A DNA stretch of 64,000 nt from an uncultured bacterium (GTDB taxonomy: Bacteria; Babelota; Babeliae; Babelales; Vermiphilaceae). Location of the stretch: positions 544,001-608,000 of the forward strand of contig OY969561.1 of the NCBI GenBank assembly GCA_963701085.1, written 5' to 3'. Below, in pieces: positions 1 to 8,881 of this stretch (the stretch's first letter is position 1; each line of letters starts with the position of its first letter). Below the pieces are notes generated by a model. It was not told where the DNA came from and did not search any database. It was given only the letters and a program-made list of their open reading frames with translations. A program made the translations under genes and the position numbers.

Positions 1-32
1 TGCGGAACATCTTTTTTTAATTATAAGTACAT

Positions 33-243
33 GGAGAGTTCTCGGCGGGTTTCTAGCGCTTCTCAGCGATATGGGGCCCGTCGCCATCAGCTCTTCTAAT
101 CTTTGCTGATGGTGACCTGAGCCTAGAACTCGATAAGGAATCCAAGGGAACCATTGGTGCACGAGTGCAGAGGGGTTGCAAAACCCCTTTGCGAAAGAAT
201 TCACTGCTGCAAAGCAGTGGGGTCCCCGGCGCCAAGCTGGGGA
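33..243 (+). ncRNA. Putative structured non-coding RNA, family unassigned
   Basis: GC-rich island in AT-rich DNA. Hairpins: gtcgccatcagc/gctgatggtgac, aggggtt-gcaa-aacccct, cactgct-gcaa-agcagtg, ccccggc/gctgggg. A TATAAG -10-like box lies at 22-27. Confidence 0.4.
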
Positions 244-409
244 TTAATTCTTAAATTAACAGCATTGGGTCTTTTTTTACCAAGCAAAACATTCACCCAT
301 AAGCCTTTTCCCTATCAAAGTTAATTCAATTCTTGATTTATTAATCCTCTTTGTAATAAATTGAAGGAGTAAATATATTATTTCCTCAAAACCAAAAGAA
401 GGAGCCTTT

Positions 410-616
410 ATGAAAAATCATAAAGAAAATCAACAACACCATGATGTCATCAAATCGAACGACCAACCAAAAAGCAGATATTTTGACACGAAAGCATGCC
501 ACTGTGGCTGCGACACCTGCAATGAATGCACCAACAGTTGTGATACAAAAAAATGTTCATGCGGCTGTGAAAACTGTCATTGCAACGGAAACCCTGAAGG
601 CCATTGTTGCGCCTAA
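410..616 (+). CDS. Small cysteine-rich, metallothionein-like protein
   Basis: 68 aa with an AAGGAG RBS; 13 Cys in the last 39 residues (CxC, CxxC, CC). Confidence 0.6.
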   Translation: MKNHKENQQHHDVIKSNDQPKSRYFDTKACHCGCDTCNECTNSCDTKKCSCGCENCHCNGNPEGHCCA

Positions 617-644
617 ACCAATACTATAAAAAAAGGAAGTTCTC

Positions 645-1328
645 ATGAATAAAAGAATAAATGCAATAATACTCAGCATACTTGCAAGTATGCTCTTAAT
701 AACACAAGACACATTCCCACGCGGTGGTGGCGGCGGTGGCCGTGGTGGTGGCGGTGGCGGTCGTGGTGGCGGCGGCGGACGTGGCATGGGCGGTGGTGGT
801 CGTAGCATGGGTGGCGGTAGAGGATTCGGTGGCGGTCGTGGTGGTGCTGGCGCAAGACCTGGAGCGGGACGACCTAGTACAAGACCTGGAGCTGGCGCTG
901 CTGGTAGACCTGGTGTTGGTAGACCTGGTGCTGGTAGACCTGGTGCTGGTAGACCTGGTGCTGGCAATAGACCTGGTTCTGGCAATAGACCTGGTTCTGG
1001 CAATAGAGGCAACCGAGGAAATCGCGGCAATCGTACTACTGTTAATAATTTTTATGGTCATGGAGGTAACAACTGGGGTGGATGGGGAGCTTGGGGAGGC
1101 TACGGATTGTTCTTAGGAACCCTTGGTCTTACTTATGCACTAACAGCAAGTGCTGCATACCCTTATCAGTCCGACTATGATGGTTATTATTACGCATCCC
1201 AAGCAGAAGCGGATAGAGCAGAACAAGCTGCGGAAGATGCAATTGCAGCAGCTGATAGAGCTGAAGGATCTGCACAAAGTGCTGAGTATTCAGCAGGATA
1301 TGCAGCAGGAGCTGCTGTTCGAAAATAA
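645..1328 (+). CDS. Exported Gly/Arg-rich low-complexity protein
   Basis: N-terminal hydrophobic signal, RGG tracts, RPGAG/NRPGSG repeats, then a hydrophobic segment and an Ala-rich tail. Confidence 0.75.
   Translation: MNKRINAIILSILASMLLITQDTFPRGGGGGGRGGGGGGRGGGGGRGMGGGGRSMGGGRGFGGGRGGAGARPGAGRPSTRPGAGAAGRPGVGRPGAGRPGAGRPGAGNRPGSGNRPGSGNRGNRGNRGNRTTVNNFYGHGGNNWGGWGAWGGYGLFLGTLGLTYALTASAAYPYQSDYDGYYYASQAEADRAEQAAEDAIAAADRAEGSAQSAEYSAGYAAGAAVRK
901..1007 (+). repeat. Coding tandem repeats (4x 15 nt, then about 2.5x 18 nt)
   Basis: ytggtagacctggtg x4; ctggcaatagacctggtt x2 plus a partial copy. Confidence 0.85.
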
Positions 1329-1351
1329 CCAGTAAAAATCTGTAAACTATT

Positions 1352-1384
1352 AAATGGCGTACCTTCATTGGTACGCCATTTTTT
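1352..1384 (+). terminator. Rho-independent terminator
   Basis: aaatggcgtacc-ttcatt-ggtacgccattt followed by a T run. Confidence 0.75.
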
Positions 1385-1468
1385 ATGGCCATTTGCCCAA
1401 TACCCCAATTTTAGCTATGCTCAATATGAGATAACAACCTTTATTTCCAAAACCAAGGAGTCCTGCAC

Positions 1469-2578
1469 ATGGAGCCCCTAAGACCAGATACAGAATTAAA
1501 AAAAGAGAAAACTGATCATATATTTTCAGGCAATATTCTCATTTTATGGGCTTATGATGTTGGTGAAGACATTAACTTACAAAAAATTGAAGAATCACGC
1601 GATATTATTAAAATTCCACTCCACCTACCAAAACATTTTAAACAATATAACGTTCCGCTTGCTATTGAACTTCCGCGCCCACATTCAAGCTCCTTTTTTA
1701 TCAGCAGTAAAATACATAGCTTTGGCGCAATATCTTTAACGTACAAAATTCCATTCACTGATACCCTGGAAAATCTTCGCGTAAACTGCAATGAACTAGC
1801 AAATAAATATCAGCAACAAAGCGTTAAAGATGCCGAATCTATCTATAAAAAAATAGAACCTTTTACTATCCAGCCAAAATTCTTCCAAACAAGTGCATCA
1901 TACGTTATTATTCAGGTTGATCCGCAGCCGACCGCACTTGATTTAACACAACTGCAAAAAGCGTATGGTAGCACCATTGCATCTACCCTGAGATTTGAAA
2001 CAGAAATATTATCAGAGTTCCAAAAAAATGAAATTTTAGACTCTGCAATTGGCTACTTCCGCGGCAGTTTAATTGTTATAGATATTGACGCTGCATTTGT
2101 ATATGAAGAAGAGTATGACGATATTATCGATTTGTTCGAATTTGCTAATATCCAACAGCTTGAATTACGTTTCTTTGACCGTCTCCTTGATCAACAGATC
2201 AACACTATTTATGAACGTAAAGAAACAACATTATCTTGGGGTGCTTATTTGCCATTCTTTGGCACATTTTTCAGTGATCCGGTTGGCCAGCTGCGTAAAT
2301 TAAAAGCTGATATTTCCGTTATTACTGAACGGTTAGAAAGCAACATAAAAATTGCAGGAGAACCGTATTATTCAGAAATTCATAATCTTCTTGCTGATAA
2401 ACTTGATCTTAAAAATTGGCATGATGGCATTGATAGAAAATTGCGTATCGTTGAAGATGTGCAGACGGTATTTCAACAAAAAATTGATGCTAATCGGGAA
2501 GATCTCTTTTCCGTACTCATTATTATCTTAATTTTTATTGAACTTATGTTTGGTGTTTTGAGTTATTTAAAGGGCTAA
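1469..2578 (+). CDS. RMD1/YagE (DUF155)-like protein
   Basis: AYDVGEDI N-terminus; C-terminal coiled region then a LIIILIFIEL TM helix. Confidence 0.6.
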   Translation: MEPLRPDTELKKEKTDHIFSGNILILWAYDVGEDINLQKIEESRDIIKIPLHLPKHFKQYNVPLAIELPRPHSSSFFISSKIHSFGAISLTYKIPFTDTLENLRVNCNELANKYQQQSVKDAESIYKKIEPFTIQPKFFQTSASYVIIQVDPQPTALDLTQLQKAYGSTIASTLRFETEILSEFQKNEILDSAIGYFRGSLIVIDIDAAFVYEEEYDDIIDLFEFANIQQLELRFFDRLLDQQINTIYERKETTLSWGAYLPFFGTFFSDPVGQLRKLKADISVITERLESNIKIAGEPYYSEIHNLLADKLDLKNWHDGIDRKLRIVEDVQTVFQQKIDANREDLFSVLIIILIFIELMFGVLSYLKG

Positions 2579-3715
2579 ACTTGATGGATACTGCTCTTTA
2601 ACGCAACATTCCACCGCATCATCATAAGCTTTTTTAATCTCGCCAATAGCATCTAATAATTCAGCGTATTCTGCAAATGCAATTTTTTCAGCATTCAACA
2701 AATTTATATCAAATGTATCAGGAAAATTAATGTGTAACGGCTCAATCGTTTTATAGATATGATACAGCCGAACAGACGGCGTTACTTTATCTCCGCATGC
2801 TGTATTATAGTGTTCAATACATGAACACAAAAGAGCAATCTTACCCTTGTAACTATCATAAGCAAGTTTCATCTTGATATTCTCTAAAAGTATTGGCTCA
2901 TATGTATTCAGAGCATAATACCCTAAATCCTTTTCGTTCTGTATCAAACCTTTATTTTTCGCCCCATTGATCATAATAATAATAGTGCGCAATGTACTAT
3001 AAGGCTCTGGCGAGCACAACATTGCAAAAGCATCATGTACAAACTTTTTTTTCCAATCTTCATCAAAGGACACACCTTTATTACCTAACTGATCAAATTT
3101 TTGATTTGAGTGTATAAAAGAAACAAGCTCATGATAATGTGGGATTTTATTTAATAACAATGCATTAGTATCTTCAATCAATACCTCAATGACCTTACAA
3201 CTACCCACAAGATTAAGCCTTTTAGCCACAGGAGACCATGTTGTAGGCAGTATCTCTCCTGACGTTGCTGCTTTCTGATTATAATTCTTAAGAAAATAAA
3301 AAAAGAGAGAAGTTTTTTGATTAACAGTATCACGACAAAACGCAAACTTTCCCATGTGATCTTCATTAATACTATATTCCAGCTTTACATCATTACACGC
3401 ATTAATACATTGTATAAGATCTTGATAACGTGGAGATTTACAAGCAAGAAACAAACTGACTTTTTTATACAAATCATGCATATAATCACGGTGAGTTGGC
3501 ACAAGAGAGTTACACAATGATTCTTGTTGGTCTTGTTTTCTTTGCTCATTCAATGCATTTAATTCGATTGGTGCTTGAGAAGGAACTGGATTAATTAAAC
3601 TTCTAAAATTCAAGATGCTGTAACTATAAGGGACTATAAATGGTGTGCTATTCATGCACAATAAAGAAGAAATGTTACAAAGGGCTATGATACAGGCTGC
3701 ATAAAGCATAAACAT
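2567..3715 (-). CDS. Exported hypothetical protein
   Basis: 382 aa ORF, AGGAGG RBS, signal peptide ending SLLC|MNS. Confidence 0.75.
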   Translation of the reverse strand: MFMLYAACIIALCNISSLLCMNSTPFIVPYSYSILNFRSLINPVPSQAPIELNALNEQRKQDQQESLCNSLVPTHRDYMHDLYKKVSLFLACKSPRYQDLIQCINACNDVKLEYSINEDHMGKFAFCRDTVNQKTSLFFYFLKNYNQKAATSGEILPTTWSPVAKRLNLVGSCKVIEVLIEDTNALLLNKIPHYHELVSFIHSNQKFDQLGNKGVSFDEDWKKKFVHDAFAMLCSPEPYSTLRTIIIMINGAKNKGLIQNEKDLGYYALNTYEPILLENIKMKLAYDSYKGKIALLCSCIEHYNTACGDKVTPSVRLYHIYKTIEPLHINFPDTFDINLLNAEKIAFAEYAELLDAIGEIKKAYDDAVECCVKEQYPSSLAL

Positions 3716-3797
3716 AATAACCTCCTTATTTTTAGATTATCACTCATGCTCTTTACACTAACAAAAATGTTATCAATTAAAAAAGTATATAAAAACA

Positions 3798-3835
3798 AAT
3801 AAAGCTGCAAGGCCTGTAAGTCTTGCAGCTTTATT
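3798..3835 (-). terminator. Terminator downstream of grpE
   Basis: aataaagctgcaag...cttgcagctttatt inverted repeat. Confidence 0.65.
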
Positions 3836-3855
3836 AATGATTATTATGTATGTAT

Positions 3856-4407
3856 TTATTTGGCTACACTCACGGTAGCAGGGCGGATAACCTTATCATG
3901 CATGGTGTATCCTTTTTGAAGAACCTGCACAACTTGACCTGATTTATGTTTGTCGGATTCAACTTGAACCAATGCTTCATGATATTTAGGATTAAAGACA
4001 GAAAAATCACTCATTTCTTGAATCCCAAATTTAGCTAAAACTTTTTCAAGCGATTGATAAATCATCTCAAAACCAGCAAGCCATGCAACACCTGCAGCAT
4101 TTTCACGTTTTTTCTCTTGTTCAAGAGCACGTTCAAAATTATCAATAATCGCAAGAAGTTCTACAAAAACTTGCTTTTGAGCATCATGTGCCCAATCAAT
4201 TCTTTCTTGAGTAACTCGTTTTTTATAATTTTGAAAATCTGCCGTTAGGGATAAATATTTCTCAGCCCACTCTGTAACAGCTGCATTCGCCTTATCAAGT
4301 TGTTCTTTTTCACTCAAAACAGGCTCATTAGTGCCATCTAGTGATGCATTTGCATCATCATTACCGCCAAACCCGAAAAATTTCTTAAATTTATCATTGT
4401 CATTCAT
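3856..4407 (-). CDS. grpE: Nucleotide exchange factor GrpE
   Basis: ADFQNYKKR, FNPKYHEAL, QKGYTMHDKVIRPATVSV motifs. Confidence 0.95.
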   Translation of the reverse strand: MNDNDKFKKFFGFGGNDDANASLDGTNEPVLSEKEQLDKANAAVTEWAEKYLSLTADFQNYKKRVTQERIDWAHDAQKQVFVELLAIIDNFERALEQEKKRENAAGVAWLAGFEMIYQSLEKVLAKFGIQEMSDFSVFNPKYHEALVQVESDKHKSGQVVQVLQKGYTMHDKVIRPATVSVAK

Positions 4408-4530
4408 AAGAAAAATCCCCCTTACCTACAATATTCTAAAAAAACAATCTATGACTTAAGTATACCACTTTTCCTTTTTTTGATAAATTCCTTATACTTA
4501 AAAAAAACAGATTTTTAAAGAAAAAACCCT

Positions 4531-5793
4531 ATGAAAAATAAAAAAATTTATCTCATTATCCTGATTACTGCCGCCCATGCGGCATTTGCTATTGATAATC
4601 CTCATTTTTATCGTGCTACCAATATGTTTCTTGAGCCACGGCTTGAACATGACTACCTCACCACTTTTATCGCAACATTGGGAGGAGGAACTACTACCGA
4701 GGGACGCTCAAAAAACAATACCATAGTGCCACTACTCGATATATATGGCACCCACAACATCCAAGAATTGAACATTAACACCGCATTCACAAACCCCAAT
4801 AAACCTTACGACTTACTGCTCAATAACCTTGCACAACTGCCAAACAGACCTAATTTTGCAACAATTTCAATTGATGGAAAGTTTAATATCATAGAATCAA
4901 ACCTTTCATTTGCGCAAAACCTTGCTCACGGACTGTTCCTTTTCTTTTATTTACCGGTCAGAAGACTTAAAATAACTGATATTGGCATTACCGATCTTTC
5001 CCCGGACGACCAAACATTCCCTAACAAGCATACCCCTGAATGGCAAACCGTATGGCAGACACTCAATCCCCTTTTAACCAATTATGGCATCAATAGCTGT
5101 TCAACAATAAGCACGGGGGTTGGCGATCTTACCTCATGGTTAGGATGGACACATAACTATCAAGACACAACCACTATCGATTTTGTTGATGTTACCGTTA
5201 TGGCTGGATTCCTTGCTCCTACCGGTAAAGAACGCAACGAAAATAAACTCTTTTCACTCCCAACAGGCTACAATGGTCATTGGGGATTGCCGTTATGCGC
5301 AATGCTCTCGGTTGGCTGGTATGAATGGGTAACTGTTGGCGGATATCTCAACACGCTTTTTTTTACAAACAAAAATCACACCATGCGCCTCAAGACAGAT
5401 ATAGCGCAAAATGGCATCATAAAGCTCGCGTGCGGCGATGTTTCTGTACACAAAGGGCCACTCATCAACACAGGAGTTTATTTTAAAGCAGACCATTTTG
5501 GCCATGGATTTTCATTCACCACTGCTTATTCATTTGCTTCTCAACAAAAAGACCATCTTACACCAAAAAATCCAGCACTCTTTGATCGCTCCATTATTAA
5601 CAGCGACCAAACACTTGCTGGCTGGAATATGCATACCTTTAATTTTTCGCTTGAATATGATTTTTCCCGTGAAGGTAAAAACGTTGGCAACCGCATCGGC
5701 CTATTCTATAACCTTCAAATAGCGGGCGCAAGAACGTTTAACACCAACGTCACCGGCGGCACATATGGCATTGATATTGGCTGGTATATTTAA
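4531..5793 (+). CDS. Exported hypothetical protein, possible outer-membrane beta-barrel
   Basis: Signal peptide AAFA|; alternating aromatic beta-strand pattern; C-terminus GIDIGWYI. Confidence 0.6.
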   Translation: MKNKKIYLIILITAAHAAFAIDNPHFYRATNMFLEPRLEHDYLTTFIATLGGGTTTEGRSKNNTIVPLLDIYGTHNIQELNINTAFTNPNKPYDLLLNNLAQLPNRPNFATISIDGKFNIIESNLSFAQNLAHGLFLFFYLPVRRLKITDIGITDLSPDDQTFPNKHTPEWQTVWQTLNPLLTNYGINSCSTISTGVGDLTSWLGWTHNYQDTTTIDFVDVTVMAGFLAPTGKERNENKLFSLPTGYNGHWGLPLCAMLSVGWYEWVTVGGYLNTLFFTNKNHTMRLKTDIAQNGIIKLACGDVSVHKGPLINTGVYFKADHFGHGFSFTTAYSFASQQKDHLTPKNPALFDRSIINSDQTLAGWNMHTFNFSLEYDFSREGKNVGNRIGLFYNLQIAGARTFNTNVTGGTYGIDIGWYI

Positions 5794-5795
5794 AC

Positions 5796-6263
5796 CTAAT
5801 CCCGCTCATCCTGAGTGTTTTTGCCCTGCAAAAATGTATCGAAGGATTTTTCCATTGCGCAAATCATATCCTCAGCACAAAGAACAAAATCATAAGTTTT
5901 AGGCGTAATGACAACCAAAGAGAGTAACTGCTTAACTTTATTCAATACGGCAGCAAAATAGGCTGTATCATCTGCAATCCGTGGTGTCCCTTCTTGATGC
6001 ATACGATTGATACAAAATTGCGTAAAAGCTAACCGACCTAACAATAAATCAAACGATAACATCGCTCCATCACTCTTTTTTTCAAAAACATTAATCAATG
6101 CCTGCCACACATGCATCGATGACTCTAATCCTTTTTGATACCACGTCACGGGAAACAAAGAATCAAATGATAGGTTGACCTGATACGTTTGGGTCTTTGA
6201 TGATATACAACAGAAAACAACTGCCATTATCATCATCCAACTTTTTAAACTTTTTTCCATCAT
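5796..6263 (-). CDS. Exported hypothetical protein; C-terminus encoded by a palindromic repeat
   Basis: 155 aa ORF with N-terminal hydrophobic segment; SFDTFLQGKNTQDERD comes from repeat 5802-5847. Confidence 0.7.
   Translation of the reverse strand: MMEKSLKSWMMIMAVVFCCISSKTQTYQVNLSFDSLFPVTWYQKGLESSMHVWQALINVFEKKSDGAMLSFDLLLGRLAFTQFCINRMHQEGTPRIADDTAYFAAVLNKVKQLLSLVVITPKTYDFVLCAEDMICAMEKSFDTFLQGKNTQDERD
5802..5847. repeat. Palindromic element, family A (long variant)
   Basis: ccgctcatcctgagtgtttttg...caaaaatgtatcgaaggat; inverted near-copy at 6349-6393. Confidence 0.8.
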
Positions 6264-6348
6264 TCCCCCCTCTTACTAACAGCGTTTTCTCTACCTCCAT
6301 TGTTACAAATACCTCAGAGCAATGTCAATAAATATTCAATTAGAATAT

Positions 6349-6475
6349 ATCCTTCGATACATTTTTGCACGCAAAAACACTCAGGATGAACGGAGGAGTA
6401 ATCCTTATCCGCTCGCCCTGAGTGCGTTTTTTATGCCCGATCGTCCTGAGTGCCCCGTAGGGGTGTATCGAAGGA
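6349..6475. repeat. Cluster of family A palindromic elements
   Basis: Copies at 6349-6393 (inverted), 6409-6432 (partial) and 6440-6475. Confidence 0.8.
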
Positions 6476-6476
6476 A

Positions 6477-7031
6477 CTAGAAGGGCAAGTTATCTTCAAA
6501 TGGAGGTTCATCCTGAAAATCAATCTCGCCGGTTGAAGGAGCTTCTTCTTTTTTAACTGCTTTGGTCGCTTTAACACGTGTTTGCGCTTTTTCTAATTGC
6601 GCGAGCAAATCACGCTCAACAGCGTTGTTTGGATTAAGCTGAACACCAGCATCAGATTCATCTGCTAATGATGCACCAAATGCAGTTTCGGCCGAAGCGC
6701 CATTAGAAAGAAAGACAACACGCTCTGCAACAATAGAATGCTTGCTACGTTTTTGGCCTGTTTGATCATCCCATGAGTCTAATTTAAGACGACCTTCAAT
6801 CAGTACTGGACGACCTTTTTGCAAATACTGACGACAGCTTTCCGCTTGTGCGCCCCAAACATCAACATCAATGTAGCACACTTCTTGTACCAAATTGCCT
6901 GTTTGCTTATTTTTGAATTGACGATTGGTTGCTAATCCAAGACGGCATACCGCTTGCCCAGATGCAAGATTACGGTATTCAGGATCTCTTGTTAAATTAC
7001 CAATCATAATAATGCGATTAAACGCTGCCAT
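6477..7031 (-). CDS. ssb: Single-stranded DNA-binding protein
   Basis: NRIIMIGNLTRDPE, KGRPVLIEGRL, acidic tail ending DNLPF. Confidence 0.95.
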   Translation of the reverse strand: MAAFNRIIMIGNLTRDPEYRNLASGQAVCRLGLATNRQFKNKQTGNLVQEVCYIDVDVWGAQAESCRQYLQKGRPVLIEGRLKLDSWDDQTGQKRSKHSIVAERVVFLSNGASAETAFGASLADESDAGVQLNPNNAVERDLLAQLEKAQTRVKATKAVKKEEAPSTGEIDFQDEPPFEDNLPF

Positions 7032-7125
7032 ATCTCGGACCTTCACTCACGCTAAGATGTATACATTATTAATACCACTTGTTTTTGATAATAGCAGAAA
7101 AATATCTTTTGCTAAGCGCTATTTT

Positions 7126-8724
7126 TTAATGAGCTACTCCCAAAAATGAATATTTCCTAAACATATCCTCAACTATCCGTCGTTTAGCTGCAACATCATA
7201 TTCTTGCAATTCAATCATCTCAAGATCACCTATAAAATCGGCTCTCACATTTAATGGGACTTCTTTTTCTGCACGTTGTTTTAAATTGTGGACTAAATAG
7301 ATCATCTTGCCATAACGTTCATCATCAAGCGGCCTTGTTTGATCAACAAAAAGAGAATTAATGTCAACCAATGCTCGACGTATTTGACTGTACTCTTTTA
7401 TAGTAAACTTTTTATAACTACTATACCCAAGCCAACTAACAAATGCTGCTGGTGTCAGCAACACAAGATCTCTCACGCCCTTAAACTGCTTCTGTTCTGC
7501 TTCAATCGCATCTAAAATAAGCTTCAGAACATCTTCACCTATACTCACTCCAAACAAGAGAAAAAAGTCTATTAATCCATGCGCATAATCACTCTGACTA
7601 GCTAACCATTCTATAACACTTTGTATTGATGCCGTCGGTTGCAAAACAGACATTTTTGATGGATCCAACTTTTCCTTTTTTGCTATGTTTCCCAAAAATT
7701 TTAGAAATTCTTTATAATCACCCTTATCCATACCATCATTAATTATTCTTGGCTCACCTAGTCCATATTTTTTACTCATATCAATCACAAATTGTTTAGC
7801 CTCGTCTAATGAGACATTTTTAGTATTAGCTAATGATGGAAGCATTACGCTCACTTTCTGCTTAGTTGTATTTTCCGGAAAAAGAACATTTATACTTCTC
7901 TTGACGGGCATCATAATCGGATCATAAACATTAACTTTTAAAGATTCAAATGCCGCTTGCAATTGATCAAAACTAATATTTTTATATCCATAGCCCAAGC
8001 CAAACATCAACGCCCCATACTTCAACCAGTTACGCTCAAAATGGACAGGAATCTGAGTGTCAGACATTTCTGATAAAATATCATTTTTAAAACGCCGGAC
8101 TTTTCCAAGCTTTAATCGTAACAACATCACTCGTGTAATAAATGGCGAGCTTTCATCACTATCCTGAGTATCTACTTTTATACGCGGCAATAAATCCAAT
8201 AATTCATCTATCCACGCATAGCCTTTTTCATAATCTTGCACAAAGACCGTTTTTCGTTGATGATCATAAACATTACCCAACTGCGCAAGCTGTCCCAATA
8301 AGACATACAACTCACCCTGATGACTTTGCAGTTGCTCAAGATTATTTTCTATCTCTTCTTTCTGTGACTTGCCCGTAACCCATTTAAGTGGACTTTTAGT
8401 TAAAAAATACCGCCACTGATGATTTCTTTGATCCTGCCAATATTTAATACGAGCATCAATTTCTTGTAATGCTGCTAATATTTGCGCATACGCATTGTCA
8501 TATAAAACTTTTGCGCATTTAACGAGCGCACCACTTTGCACTTTTTTATACACGTGCTCAGCTGCAACATCCTCTGAAAAATTACTCGTCACCCTTCGCA
8601 AATAAGACAAGGCGTCTGCTATTGTAGAAATAGTCACTTGCGGTGCAGGATGTGCTGCCTGGCAAACGCCACCGATGGTAAAAAAAGAAACTATTACCGC
8701 AACTCTTTTAATCAATATATTCAC
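7126..8724 (-). CDS. NCA2/DGS1-like exported/membrane protein, paralog 1
   Basis: Probable GTG start at 8724 after a GGGGG RBS; signal peptide; YWQDQ..YFLTKSP, PVHFERNWLKY, LLTPAAF, YGKMIYLVHNL, KRRIVEDMFRKYSFL. Confidence 0.6.
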   Translation of the reverse strand: MNILIKRVAVIVSFFTIGGVCQAAHPAPQVTISTIADALSYLRRVTSNFSEDVAAEHVYKKVQSGALVKCAKVLYDNAYAQILAALQEIDARIKYWQDQRNHQWRYFLTKSPLKWVTGKSQKEEIENNLEQLQSHQGELYVLLGQLAQLGNVYDHQRKTVFVQDYEKGYAWIDELLDLLPRIKVDTQDSDESSPFITRVMLLRLKLGKVRRFKNDILSEMSDTQIPVHFERNWLKYGALMFGLGYGYKNISFDQLQAAFESLKVNVYDPIMMPVKRSINVLFPENTTKQKVSVMLPSLANTKNVSLDEAKQFVIDMSKKYGLGEPRIINDGMDKGDYKEFLKFLGNIAKKEKLDPSKMSVLQPTASIQSVIEWLASQSDYAHGLIDFFLLFGVSIGEDVLKLILDAIEAEQKQFKGVRDLVLLTPAAFVSWLGYSSYKKFTIKEYSQIRRALVDINSLFVDQTRPLDDERYGKMIYLVHNLKQRAEKEVPLNVRADFIGDLEMIELQEYDVAAKRRIVEDMFRKYSFLGVAH

Positions 8725-8881
8725 AACTACCCCCTTTACATAAAAAAAAATAATCTCTGTCCTCAAGCATATCTCATACGGCTTGCGGCAATCTAGACTA
8801 TTATTCAAAAAAAAGTGTGACCCTCCTGCGCCGCGACTAGGCGGACAGGCAATCACACTTTTAATAATCATTCAAAAATTT

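Noticed and set aside
53-235. 60-aa minus-strand ORF
   Set aside because: No RBS or recognisable motif; open by chance in GC-rich structured sequence
557-1116. Pro-rich, His-rich, Thr-rich and Val-rich ORFs
   Set aside because: Alternative-frame and antisense shadows of the Gly/Arg repeat gene 645-1328
1469-2578. RMD1-like gene as a eukaryote-derived novelty
   Set aside because: This family is already known from many bacteria
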